From: Candidatus Saccharimonadota bacterium
GTDB taxonomy: Bacteria > Pseudomonadota > Gammaproteobacteria > Burkholderiales > Burkholderiaceae
DNA length: 32,000 bases
Direction: 5' to 3'
NCBI RefSeq assembly: GCF_016593155.1
Contig: NZ_AP023215.1
Coordinates: forward strand, 437,265 to 469,264
Shown here in pieces: positions 7,605 through 18,206 of this stretch. The position numbers and the translations under genes are program-made. Every line of letters begins with the position of its first letter. The stretch's first letter is position 1. The notes below the pieces were generated by a model. It was not told the origin of the DNA and did no database searches. It worked only from the letters and a program-made list of their open reading frames with translations.

Positions 7605-10349
7605 ATGTTATATCCAGCATTAAGAATTCCTCCATCAACTTCATTCTGGTTCGATTCTATTAAAAAAATAATAAAACATTGTGAAGATTTACAAATAATT
7701 TTACCTAAAAAATATGATTTTTCGTCTTTTCGTGTTGTGGTTCCAAATTCTCTTCATATACAATGTTTTAAAAAATCATTTAATAAGATTTTATCTTCTA
7801 AAAATTATATTCCCCCATTTATTGGAACATTTGATAATTGGTTAGAATTACAAGCATTTAATTTTGATTTTTTTTTTCCAATTCAAAATCATGAAAAATT
7901 ACTATATTTATATTTGAAATTACAAAAAAATTATTTATTAAAAAAAAATAATGTAAATAATAAAATTGATTTATTAATATTTTCTCGAGTATTAATCAAA
8001 TTATTTCATGAACTAACTCAAGCGCTATTACCATCAATTTATACATTAGATAAAATTAAAATTCGTTGGAAATCAGCTTTAAATTATTTATCGCCATTTG
8101 TACGTACTATATTAAAAGATGAAATTGAATTAATATGGTCAATTTGGTGTGATCAAATTAAAAATGATGAAGCAGTATGGCGTTTTATAAATATACAAAA
8201 ATTAATAATTGAAGTAGAGATGCCATTAATTTGGTTTACTTCTATTCAACCATCTCCAATTGAAATAAATTTTTTAAATAATTATAGTAAAAATTGTTCT
8301 GTATTACCTATAATAATAGATTGGTCTAAAATACCATATTTATATTTTAAAGCTTGGCCGGAAATTCAATTATCAAAAACTGAATTTACTATAACTAAAA
8401 AAATTATATCTCCTTTATATAATGATGATAAAAATATTAATACTCCGTCAAATATATCAATTTGTTCTTGTAATAGCTTAGAAGATATTGCTATACAAGG
8501 AGCTCAAAATATTATTAATTGGTTAATTTTAGGTTATAAAAAAATCGCTATTATTGAATTAGATAGTTTAGTAGTACGTAGAATTTGTTCTTTATTGGAG
8601 CGATCAAAAGTTTTTGTTTTTAATAAGGTGGGATGTAAATTATCAAACACTAGTGCAGCGGCTTTTTTAATTAGTTTTTTTAATGTAATAGATGAACCGC
8701 AAAAATCTAATAAATTTTTAATTTTTTTAAAGTCACCATATATTTTAAATGATATTTCAGATAAGAGTAATTATATATTAATAATTGAATCAATTTGTCG
8801 TGATATTATGGTTTTTAATAATTTAGATTTCGTTCTTACAAAATTAAAAAATATTAATTCAAATTTACATGAATTAATACAAAAAATAATAAATAAATAT
8901 AAGAAATTAAATAGTAAATATTATTCTGTATCAAAATGGAATTCTATAATTTTAAAATTTTTTTTAGAATTAAATATTGATAAAGTATTAGATACAAATG
9001 AATCAGGAAAACTTTTATTAAAAATTTTATCAAATATGTATAAAAATATAGATTCATTATTTACATTTTTTGAATATAGAAAATTTATTGAATTACAAAT
9101 GGATATGACAAGATTTATATCAAAATCAGATGATCATCGTGTTATTGTGTTATCAATAAGTGATGTATATTTATTACGCTTTAATGCTATATTGATAGTT
9201 GGAATTGATATTAATAATTTTCCTTCCTTAGTAAAGGAAATTTTATTTTTTTCGAATACATTTCGAAAAAAATTAAAATTAAAGACAAATTATTCTTTAC
9301 GTCAAAAACAATTACGCGAATTAACGGAACTATTATGTTGTTGTGAAAAAATTATGTTACTTTGGCAAATATATAAAAATTCAGAATTAAACTTTATTAG
9401 TCCTTTAATTGAGCGCTTACAATTAATATTAAATTTCTCTGAAAAAAAATTAAGAACATATCGCTCTGAAATAAGTTTATATAATATAAAATCAATTCCT
9501 ATAAACCCTCCTCTTCCGAGTTGTAGTGAATTACTTCCCAATAAAATATCTATTACTAGTTATAATAATTTTATAGCATGTCCTTATAAATTTTTTGCAC
9601 AGAATATGCTTAATTTAAATTCTATTAATAATTTTTATAATATTCCCCAAAAATATCATTACGGAAATTGGGTGCATAAAATTCTTTTTTTATATCATAG
9701 TTCATTAAATAGCTCAAAAAAAATAATTTCTTTAGATGAGCGTTTTAAATTATTAAATTTAATTTCGGAAAAAATATTTAAGGAAGCTATAAAAATTTGT
9801 CCAGTTTCCTTAAATTACTACATTTTTTGGAAAAAATCTATTCAATGTTATTTAAAATGGTCTTATGCTCATGAATCTTTTGGTTGGAATTTTATATTTG
9901 GTGAAAAAAAATATAAAAAAACTTTATTTTTATTTAATAACAAAAAAATAACATTATATGGTCGTATTGATCGTATTGATAAAAATAATATAAATGATAA
10001 ATATCTGATATTAGATTATAAAACTAGTGACTATAATTCTTTACGAAAAAAAATATACAATAATGAGGATTATCAATTACTGCTTTATAAATTTTTATTA
10101 GAAAAAAACGTAAATATTTCTAAGTATCATGCTCAATATATTGTATTAAGTAGTAAACAAATAAAAATAATAGATATTCCTGAAAATATATTAAATTCTA
10201 TTACAACGAAAATATTAATATCAAAAATAAAAAAGCAAATGCATTCAATTGCAACTGGAGCACCATTACCTGCTTTAGGGGTTGAATCAATTTGTCGTTT
10301 TTGTAATATGAAAGGTTTATGTAGAAAAAAAGAATGGTTAATAAATTAG
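7605..10349 (+). CDS. AddB-like subunit of an AddAB-type helicase-nuclease (PD-(D/E)XK nuclease with Fe-S cysteines, no Walker A)
   Basis: 914 aa. C-terminal nuclease motifs GRIDRID...LILDYKTS. Four cysteines in the AddB 'iron-staple' pattern (CPYKFF ... CRFCNMKGLC = C-x2-C-x5-C). No GxxGxGK[ST]. Lies 26 nt upstream of the AddA-like gene. Confidence 0.75.
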   Translation: MLYPALRIPPSTSFWFDSIKKIIKHCEDLQIILPKKYDFSSFRVVVPNSLHIQCFKKSFNKILSSKNYIPPFIGTFDNWLELQAFNFDFFFPIQNHEKLLYLYLKLQKNYLLKKNNVNNKIDLLIFSRVLIKLFHELTQALLPSIYTLDKIKIRWKSALNYLSPFVRTILKDEIELIWSIWCDQIKNDEAVWRFINIQKLIIEVEMPLIWFTSIQPSPIEINFLNNYSKNCSVLPIIIDWSKIPYLYFKAWPEIQLSKTEFTITKKIISPLYNDDKNINTPSNISICSCNSLEDIAIQGAQNIINWLILGYKKIAIIELDSLVVRRICSLLERSKVFVFNKVGCKLSNTSAAAFLISFFNVIDEPQKSNKFLIFLKSPYILNDISDKSNYILIIESICRDIMVFNNLDFVLTKLKNINSNLHELIQKIINKYKKLNSKYYSVSKWNSIILKFFLELNIDKVLDTNESGKLLLKILSNMYKNIDSLFTFFEYRKFIELQMDMTRFISKSDDHRVIVLSISDVYLLRFNAILIVGIDINNFPSLVKEILFFSNTFRKKLKLKTNYSLRQKQLRELTELLCCCEKIMLLWQIYKNSELNFISPLIERLQLILNFSEKKLRTYRSEISLYNIKSIPINPPLPSCSELLPNKISITSYNNFIACPYKFFAQNMLNLNSINNFYNIPQKYHYGNWVHKILFLYHSSLNSSKKIISLDERFKLLNLISEKIFKEAIKICPVSLNYYIFWKKSIQCYLKWSYAHESFGWNFIFGEKKYKKTLFLFNNKKITLYGRIDRIDKNNINDKYLILDYKTSDYNSLRKKIYNNEDYQLLLYKFLLEKNVNISKYHAQYIVLSSKQIKIIDIPENILNSITTKILISKIKKQMHSIATGAPLPALGVESICRFCNMKGLCRKKEWLIN

Positions 10350-10375
10350 TAATATAAAATTATAAAAATAAAATA

Positions 10376-13300
10376 ATGAATAAAAAAATACAAAAACTCT
10401 CAGAAGCGTCCTATGAAATTAATGGTATTTCATCAGAAATTCAATCTTTTATTAATATATCCTGTAACCCGAAATATTCAGTAATAGTAGAAGCTTGCGC
10501 TGGTAGTGGTAAAACTTGGTTACTTGTTAATCGTATATTACATATTTTACTAAATGGCGCTGAAACATCTGAAATATTAGCGATTACATTTACTAATAAA
10601 GCAGCTAAAGAAATACTTAAACGTTTAATGAATTTATTAAAAGAGCTTTCTTTATCTTCTGATGAAAAAATTTCAATATTATTATATGAACGGGGAATAT
10701 CTGAAAAAAAAATATTAAAATTTATCCCATTAGCTCGTAATTTATATCAAAAATTAATAATAAAAAATCAAAATTTATCGATTTATACATTTCATGGTTG
10801 GTTTGCTTATTTAATGCAAATAACACCTTTATTTTTTAAATCAATTCGTGGATATAAATTAATAGAATTTACTGGAAAAATTATGGAGGATGCGTATAAT
10901 CAATTAATAACATTAGTTAGTAAATCTAAAGACGAATCTATTATTAAAAAATCTTTAATAATATTATATGATCTTGTTGGAACTAGTAATGAAAATATTC
11001 GTAAATTACTTAATATATTTATTGATAAGCGAGTTGAATGGTGGATATTATCTCGCAACAATAAAAATAATGCTATAGAAATTTTACGTAAATTAATGGG
11101 TAAGGATAGCAAATTAGATGCTCGTTTTTCTTTATGGAAGAACTCCTCTAAGATTAGTGATATTAATGTAATAGTTCATTTATTAAAAAAAGGTTCTTTA
11201 ATTAATAAAAAACGTGCTTTAATTATTGAAAAAATATTATTATCTAATCCGAGTGCTAATAATTTTTCTATTTTAACAAATCAATTTTTTGATAAAAATG
11301 GTAAATTGCGCTCTAATTTAAAAACTAAAGATTTAAAAAATGAATTAGTAAGATATTTTAAAAGTGATGAGTTATTATCAGTTAATAAATTTGATATAAA
11401 ATTTAAAAAAATCGCGGAATATTTGAAAGAATTATTAAAGCGAAGCAAAGAATCTTCAATATTATTAATAAATAAAGCACTTTTTAAGTTAGGTAACATA
11501 TATCTTAATATTTATCAAAAAATAAAATTTAAAAAACGTGTAATAGATTTTTCTGATCTTGAATGGAAAATTTATTGTTTATTTACTGATAATAATCATG
11601 TTATTTATTTGCAAAATAGATTAAATACTTTATATAAATATATTTTACTAGATGAATTTCAGGATACTAGTCCATTGCAATGGATTATTATTAAATCTTG
11701 GATAGAAAAGTATAATATAAAAAAAATAAAACCATCAATATTTATCGTGGGAGATCCAAAGCAATCAATTTATCGATTTCGTCATGCTGATCCACGTATA
11801 TTTACTGCGGCTTGTAAATTATTAAAAAAACGTAATGCTTTTGTTTTACGAGCTAATCGAACTTGGCGTAATTCTATAGATTTAATTAATGTATTTAATC
11901 TTAGTTTTAAAAAAAATCCAATTTATACCAAACAAACTACTTGTTGCAAAAATATAGGAAATGTATGGAGACTTCCATTAGTAACAAATACATTTTTTTT
12001 TGAAAAGAATATTAATAAAAATATATTAAAAAATAATATTTATAATAATTCACCGGATAATTTTTATGAAGAAGAGGATGATTTTCATAAAAAAGAAGGA
12101 AAAATGATAGCTCAAATATTATTATATTTAAAAAAAAATTTTTCAATAAATAATACTAAATCTTATAATACTAAAAATAATAGAAATTTAATATGGTCAG
12201 ATGTAATTATTTTAATAAGAAAACGTACACATTTGTTATCATATGAAAGTGCATTACGTTACTTTGGAATTCCATTTATATCAGATAAACGAAATGGTTT
12301 ACTTGAATCTCTAGAAATAACTGATTTAATTGCATTATTAAAATTTTTGAATATACCAAGTGATTCTTTATCATTAGCGCATGTATTAAAAAGTCCTATT
12401 TCAGGATCTTCTGATGAAGATTTAATTATATTAGCAAAACGTTCAGAAAAAACTTGGTGGAAACGTTTACAAGCTATATGTAAGGATAATATCGAATTAT
12501 TTTCTTTGAAAAGAATTTATAATTTATTAAAAAAATGGTTAGCAATTTCTTTAAATTTGCCTGTATGTAATTTACTGGACATTATTTTATATGAAGGAAA
12601 AATAATTAAACGTTATATTCAATATACAGCGGAATTTAAAAGAAATCAAGTAATTGGTAATATTTATAAATTTTTAGAATTATCTTTTAAATTAAATCTT
12701 AATAATTATATTACTTTATCAAAATTTATAGATATATTATCAAATTTAGACGATAAAGTGGAAAATAATTCTCCAAGTGAAGAAAAAGTTAATGCATACG
12801 TTAATGCGGTGCGTATTTTAACCGTGCATAGCGCAAAAGGATTAGAGGCGCCAGTAGTGATTATTTTGGATGCAAATCACAGTAAACAGAATTCCGATAA
12901 GATTGGTATTTTATGTAATTGGCCTCAAAATAAATTAAAACCAGAACATTTTTCTGTATATTCTCATGAAAAAGGAATGGCTCGTAATATTTTATTTAAA
13001 AGAGAGAAAAAATTTAAAGAACAAGAAGATTGGAATTTATATTATGTTGCATTAACTCGAGCTAAACAATTACTTATTATTAGTGGAGTTAGAGATAAAA
13101 ATAAAACAAATGGATTGATATTAAATAGTTGGTATGAGCGCTTAAAAGGAGCAACTGATTTATCTATTAATTTTTTAGAAAATATAATAAATAATTCTTC
13201 AAAATTAATAAATTTATATAACTCAAATTTTAAGGAAAGTAATAAAATTATTTTTTCATTATTTGAATCACCTTGCTTAGAACTTAAAAATAAATCAATA

Positions 13301-13762
13301 ATTAACATTGCTCATGATAAAATTAACATAGATAAAGGTATTATTTTTCATAATTTATTAGAACGACTTTGTTTGCAAAAAAAATGGCCAATAATTGTGC
13401 CAACAATAGATTTTATTTCGAGATGGTTAAAATGTTCATTATCATTAGCAAAAATAGGACAAGAATATGTAATAAAAGTATTATCGCAATCACACTTAAG
13501 ACGTTTTTTTGATGCATCGAAATATTTAAAAGCATATAATGAAATGGAAATTGTCATAAATAATATTACTTTTAGATTAGATCGTGTTGTGGAATTTAAT
13601 GATGAAATTTGGATTATTGAGTATAAATTAAATTTATTTAAAAGTGAGGAAAAAATTTATAGAATACAATTAAAAAAATATCGTAATTCTCTTAAAACTA
13701 TATGGATGAAAAAAAAAATTCGTGTTGCATTTATTACTTCTGATGGTAATTTATTAGAATAA
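10376..13762 (+). CDS. AddA-like UvrD/Rep-family helicase with C-terminal RecB-type nuclease domain
   Basis: 1128 aa. Walker A CAGSGKTW, motif II LLDEFQDTSPLQW, VGDPKQSIYRFRHAD, TVHSAKGLEAPVVIILD, YVALTRAKQLLIIS. C-terminal nuclease GIIFHNLLERL ... LDRVVEF...IWIIEYKLN. Confidence 0.8.
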   Translation: MNKKIQKLSEASYEINGISSEIQSFINISCNPKYSVIVEACAGSGKTWLLVNRILHILLNGAETSEILAITFTNKAAKEILKRLMNLLKELSLSSDEKISILLYERGISEKKILKFIPLARNLYQKLIIKNQNLSIYTFHGWFAYLMQITPLFFKSIRGYKLIEFTGKIMEDAYNQLITLVSKSKDESIIKKSLIILYDLVGTSNENIRKLLNIFIDKRVEWWILSRNNKNNAIEILRKLMGKDSKLDARFSLWKNSSKISDINVIVHLLKKGSLINKKRALIIEKILLSNPSANNFSILTNQFFDKNGKLRSNLKTKDLKNELVRYFKSDELLSVNKFDIKFKKIAEYLKELLKRSKESSILLINKALFKLGNIYLNIYQKIKFKKRVIDFSDLEWKIYCLFTDNNHVIYLQNRLNTLYKYILLDEFQDTSPLQWIIIKSWIEKYNIKKIKPSIFIVGDPKQSIYRFRHADPRIFTAACKLLKKRNAFVLRANRTWRNSIDLINVFNLSFKKNPIYTKQTTCCKNIGNVWRLPLVTNTFFFEKNINKNILKNNIYNNSPDNFYEEEDDFHKKEGKMIAQILLYLKKNFSINNTKSYNTKNNRNLIWSDVIILIRKRTHLLSYESALRYFGIPFISDKRNGLLESLEITDLIALLKFLNIPSDSLSLAHVLKSPISGSSDEDLIILAKRSEKTWWKRLQAICKDNIELFSLKRIYNLLKKWLAISLNLPVCNLLDIILYEGKIIKRYIQYTAEFKRNQVIGNIYKFLELSFKLNLNNYITLSKFIDILSNLDDKVENNSPSEEKVNAYVNAVRILTVHSAKGLEAPVVIILDANHSKQNSDKIGILCNWPQNKLKPEHFSVYSHEKGMARNILFKREKKFKEQEDWNLYYVALTRAKQLLIISGVRDKNKTNGLILNSWYERLKGATDLSINFLENIINNSSKLINLYNSNFKESNKIIFSLFESPCLELKNKSIINIAHDKINIDKGIIFHNLLERLCLQKKWPIIVPTIDFISRWLKCSLSLAKIGQEYVIKVLSQSHLRRFFDASKYLKAYNEMEIVINNITFRLDRVVEFNDEIWIIEYKLNLFKSEEKIYRIQLKKYRNSLKTIWMKKKIRVAFITSDGNLLE

Positions 13763-13982
13763 TTATATTGAATAAAGTTTCTTAAAAATTAATATAAATA
13801 AATTATAAAATTTTATATAAAATTTGTATTTATTTTTTAAAAGTTATAATATGCTTATAATTAAATCTCTATTCATTATTAGATAATGAAAATTATTTAT
13901 ATATATTTAAAGTCACTAATTTCATTATTTATTCTAAAATTTAAATTAAATATTATTTAACAAAATTTATTATTAAAATAGT

Positions 13983-14195
13983 ATGACTATAATTCGTGTT
14001 AAAGAAAATGAACCCTTTGAAATTGCTATACGAAGATTTAAACGAACTATTGAAAAAACAGGTCTATTAACTGATTTACGTGCTCGTGAATTTTATGAAA
14101 AACCAACTACGAAAAGAAAGCGTAAATTAGCTGCAGCAATAAAACGTCATTATAAACGTATACGTAGTCAACAATTACCTAAAAAAATGTATTAA
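13983..14195 (+). CDS. rpsU: 30S ribosomal protein S21
   Basis: 70 aa. [39 protein letters not shown] is typical S21. First gene of rpsU-dnaG-rpoD. Confidence 0.95.
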   Translation: MTIIRVKENEPFEIAIRRFKRTIEKTGLLTDLRAREFYEKPTTKRKRKLAAAIKRHYKRIRSQQLPKKMY

Positions 14196-14264
14196 ATATA
14201 TAATTTTTAAGAAATTAATTTTAAGAAATAATGATTTAACTTTAATGTTATTATTTTAAATACA

Positions 14265-16094
14265 GTGATCTCGCAATTATTTATAAATAATTTAATTAAT
14301 CGCATAGATATTGTGCATATAATTAGCGATTATATTTCATTAAAAAAAAGCGGCTCTAATTTTGTTGGATTATGTCCGTTTCATGATGAAAAAACTCCTA
14401 GTTTTACTGTTTATCCAATTAAAAAATTTTATTATTGCTTCGGGTGTGGTATATATGGTGATGCAATTCAATTTTTAATTAATTATTTAGGATTTCATTT
14501 CGTAGAATCTGTTAATTATCTAAAAAAAAATATCGGTATTTACGAAAAAGATGAAAAAAATTATTATTTTAATAACAAAATATTATCTGAAAAATCATCT
14601 AAATATTCTCATATAGCTTTAACTAACATAGACTTATCTTTATTAAAAAAAATAATGATATGTGCTTCTAATTTTTATAAAATACAGTTAAAAAATTCAA
14701 AAGAAGCTGTAAATTTTTTAAAAAACCGTGGATTAAATAAAGAAATAATTTTACGATTTAATTTAGGTTACGCGCCAAATGAATGGAATGCATTAAATAA
14801 AGTTTTTTTAGATTATAATAATGTCAATATATTAACTTCCTCCGGTCTCATTGTGGATAAAATAATAGATAAAGTAAATCAATCATCTGTTATTAAAAAA
14901 CATAAGCGTTATGATCGATTTCGTGGAAGAATTATGTTTCCAATTAAAAATATTGATGGACAAATAATTGGTTTTGGTGGTCGTTTAATAAAAGATTCTA
15001 ATGAAGCAAAATATATAAATTCTCCAGAAACTCCTTTATTTCATAAAAGCAATGAATTATATGGTTTATTTGAAGCTAAAAATGCCATTAAAAAATCTGG
15101 GTATGTATTAGTTACTGAAGGATATATGGATGTAATCGGATTATCACAATTTGGTTTTTTGCAAACAGTAGCTATACTTGGAACGACCTGCACCTCTACT
15201 CATATAAAAAAAATACTATTTTATACTAATTGTATAATTTTTAGTTTTGATGGTGATCAAGCGGGACGTCGCGCTGCTCGTCGAGCTTTGGAGGTATGTT
15301 TAATTTATGCTACAGATGATAAAATAATTAAATTTTTATTTTTACCTGTTAAGTATGATCCAGATAGTTATATTAGAAAATTTGGATCTAAAATATTTAG
15401 TAAAAAAATATTAGAAGCAATGTCGTTGTTACAGTTTTTTTTGGAAGAAATTATTGTGAATTACAATTTAAAAACAATAAAAGATATTGAAAAAGCAAAA
15501 TATAATATCGAATATTTATTTAAAATAATTCCATTATCATCATCATTAAAATTTAAAATTATAAGTAGTTTATCTAAAGTAACAAAATCATCATTTAATG
15601 AAATTAATAATCTATTTAAAATAAATACTTTAAGCATTAAATCTATAAAACAAAAAAATATATTACCAATGTGTATTGAGCATCAAATTATGCGCTTATT
15701 AATTTCTTATCCATCACTAATAAATGAGATAAATTCAGAGGATATGATGATATTTTCTAAATGCTCACCAAATTATGTCAAAATGTTTTCTCAATTAATT
15801 AATACTATTTATGTTTTTGAAAATAATATTGATTATTCTAAATTTATAGAGCATTTAAAAAAAATTAATATAAATTTTGAATCAATTATTTTTAAAATTA
15901 AGAATAATTTTGAATACAGTATTGAAATTGCTAAAAAAATATTATTAGATGCTATTTATAAAATAAAAATACGAATATTAAATAATGAATTAAATGATTT
16001 AATAAAAAAGGGATCATTAGACGAGCAATCTAAAATACGTTATCGCAATATAATATCATATAAAAAAAAATTGGAATATAAAAAAATTAAATAA
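14265..16094 (+). CDS. dnaG: DNA primase
   Basis: 609 aa with a GTG start. Zinc ribbon CPFHDEKTPSFTV...YYCFGCG. TOPRIM EGYMDV...FDGDQAGRRAA. Confidence 0.9.
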   Translation: MISQLFINNLINRIDIVHIISDYISLKKSGSNFVGLCPFHDEKTPSFTVYPIKKFYYCFGCGIYGDAIQFLINYLGFHFVESVNYLKKNIGIYEKDEKNYYFNNKILSEKSSKYSHIALTNIDLSLLKKIMICASNFYKIQLKNSKEAVNFLKNRGLNKEIILRFNLGYAPNEWNALNKVFLDYNNVNILTSSGLIVDKIIDKVNQSSVIKKHKRYDRFRGRIMFPIKNIDGQIIGFGGRLIKDSNEAKYINSPETPLFHKSNELYGLFEAKNAIKKSGYVLVTEGYMDVIGLSQFGFLQTVAILGTTCTSTHIKKILFYTNCIIFSFDGDQAGRRAARRALEVCLIYATDDKIIKFLFLPVKYDPDSYIRKFGSKIFSKKILEAMSLLQFFLEEIIVNYNLKTIKDIEKAKYNIEYLFKIIPLSSSLKFKIISSLSKVTKSSFNEINNLFKINTLSIKSIKQKNILPMCIEHQIMRLLISYPSLINEINSEDMMIFSKCSPNYVKMFSQLINTIYVFENNIDYSKFIEHLKKININFESIIFKIKNNFEYSIEIAKKILLDAIYKIKIRILNNELNDLIKKGSLDEQSKIRYRNIISYKKKLEYKKIK

Positions 16095-16186
16095 AATTAA
16101 ATTGATAAAAAATATATTTTATATTAAAATAAAACACTTAGGAAAGTTTCAATTTGAAAACAATAATATAAAATAGGTTTTTCAAA

Positions 16187-18145
16187 ATGAAATTTATTAA
16201 TAAAATAAAAAATAGAAAAGCAAAAGAAAAGGCGTTATTGAAGGATGCATTTTCTTTTAATATGAAATCTAGTAGAGAAGAAATTGAAAATCAAAAAAAA
16301 AAGTTAAAAATATTAATTAAAATTGGTAAAGAACGTGGTTATTTAACTTTTTCAGAAATTAATGATTTTCTCCCCGAGGATATTATCGATCAAGAAATAA
16401 TTGAAAGTATTATTAAAACTTTTCAAGATATGGATATTTCTGTATCAGAACATGTATTAGATACGGAGGCATTAATACTTTCTGATAATATTATCACTAA
16501 TGTTACTAGCGATGATTATTTTGAAGAAGCGACAGAGGAAGCATTATCTACAGTTGATTCTAATTTTTGTCGAAACAAAGATCCAATCAAGATGTATATG
16601 AGAGAAATGGGCTCAGTTGAATTATTAACTAGAGATGGAGAGATTGAAATAGCTAAACGTATTGAGGACGGTTTAAAAGATATGATTCATGCTATTTCTT
16701 CATGCCCTACTACTATTATGGAAATATTAATAGCCGCCGATAAAATTTCAAAAAATGAAATTAAGATAGATGAAATAGTTGATGGTTTAATCGATAAAAA
16801 ATTTTTTAGTCATGATCATGTTATTAAAAAAAATAACAAAGGTAATAATAAAAAAAATAATGGAGAAAAAATATTGGTTGAATCTAGCTCAGCTGATTTA
16901 TCTACAGAACAATTAGAAAAATTAAAATATGAATCTTTAATAAAGTTTTCTAATATATCTTTTCATTTTGATAAAATGAGAAAAGCTTTTGAAAAGGAGG
17001 GATATAATTCAGAGTCATATATAAAAGCACATAATAACATTTCTAATGAAATGTTAGGTATTCGATTTACAGCAAAAATTATTGAAAAATTATGCGATAC
17101 CTTGCGAAATCAAATTAATAAAGTTTCTCAAATAGAGAAACAAATTTTAGAAATTGTTGTTAATAAATGTGGAATGCCGCGTTTACATTTTGTTAAAGTT
17201 TTTCCAGAAAATGAAATTAATTTAAATTGGATAGATAATGAAATTAAAGTTAAACATGATTATAATTTAATTTTATGTCGAAATATTCCTTTTATAAAAG
17301 AATTACAACAAAAATTAATTAATTTACAGATAGATATTGTTTTACCATTAGATGATTTACGCGATATAAATAGAAAAATGATTTCTGGAGAAATGAAAGC
17401 TCGTAGAGCAAAACGAGAAATGACAGAAGCTAATTTAAGATTAGTAATTTCAATTGCAAAAAAATATACTGATCGCGGTCTTCAATTTCTTGATTTAATT
17501 CAAGAGGGAAATATTGGTTTAATGAAGGCAGTTGATAAATTTGAATATCGTCGTGGTTATAAATTTTCTACTTATGCAACATGGTGGATAAGACAGGCAA
17601 TTACTCGATCAATTGCAGATCAAGCTAGAACTATTCGTATTCCGGTGCATATGATTGAGACAATTAATAAAATAAGTAGAATATCTCGTCAAATTTTACA
17701 AGAAACCGGTTCAGAACCAGATCCCTCTGTACTTGCAATTAAGATGGAAATGTCTGAAGAAAAAATTAGAAAAATTATGAAAATTGCAAAAGAACCAGTT
17801 TCTATGGAAACCCCAGTAGGGGATGATGAGGATTCTCATTTAGGTGATTTCATTGAAGATGAAAATATGTTAGCACCTTCAGATGCTGCATTAAATGCAT
17901 CAATGCGTGCCGTAGTTAAAGATATTCTTAATTCATTAACTCCAAGAGAAGCTAAGGTTCTGCGTATGCGATTTGGTATTGAAATGTCAAGTGATCATAC
18001 GTTAGAGGAGGTTGGTAAACAATTTGATGTAACACGAGAGCGAATTCGACAAATAGAAGCAAAAGCATTACGTAAATTGCGTCATCCTTCTCGATCTGAT
18101 AAATTAAAAAGTTTTTTAGAAGGGAAGATAATTAAAAAAAATTAA
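16187..18145 (+). CDS. rpoD: RNA polymerase primary sigma factor sigma-70
   Basis: 652 aa. [105 protein letters not shown]. The true start could be the internal Met at codon 26 (MKSSREE...). Confidence 0.95.
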   Translation: MKFINKIKNRKAKEKALLKDAFSFNMKSSREEIENQKKKLKILIKIGKERGYLTFSEINDFLPEDIIDQEIIESIIKTFQDMDISVSEHVLDTEALILSDNIITNVTSDDYFEEATEEALSTVDSNFCRNKDPIKMYMREMGSVELLTRDGEIEIAKRIEDGLKDMIHAISSCPTTIMEILIAADKISKNEIKIDEIVDGLIDKKFFSHDHVIKKNNKGNNKKNNGEKILVESSSADLSTEQLEKLKYESLIKFSNISFHFDKMRKAFEKEGYNSESYIKAHNNISNEMLGIRFTAKIIEKLCDTLRNQINKVSQIEKQILEIVVNKCGMPRLHFVKVFPENEINLNWIDNEIKVKHDYNLILCRNIPFIKELQQKLINLQIDIVLPLDDLRDINRKMISGEMKARRAKREMTEANLRLVISIAKKYTDRGLQFLDLIQEGNIGLMKAVDKFEYRRGYKFSTYATWWIRQAITRSIADQARTIRIPVHMIETINKISRISRQILQETGSEPDPSVLAIKMEMSEEKIRKIMKIAKEPVSMETPVGDDEDSHLGDFIEDENMLAPSDAALNASMRAVVKDILNSLTPREAKVLRMRFGIEMSSDHTLEEVGKQFDVTRERIRQIEAKALRKLRHPSRSDKLKSFLEGKIIKKN

Positions 18146-18206
18146 TTTTAAAAATTCTTAATAATTTTTAAAATTAATATAATAGTTATATACTAGAAAT
18201 TAATTA

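Noticed and set aside
9302-13557. Five minus-strand ORFs in the track (9302-9541, 10900-11112, 11281-11499, 13042-13308, 13348-13557)
   Set aside because: All lie antisense inside the well-supported addB-like and addA-like genes. They are short (69-88 aa), low-complexity (Ile/Leu/Asn/Phe/Ser-rich) and have no recognisable motifs. They are typical chance ORFs.
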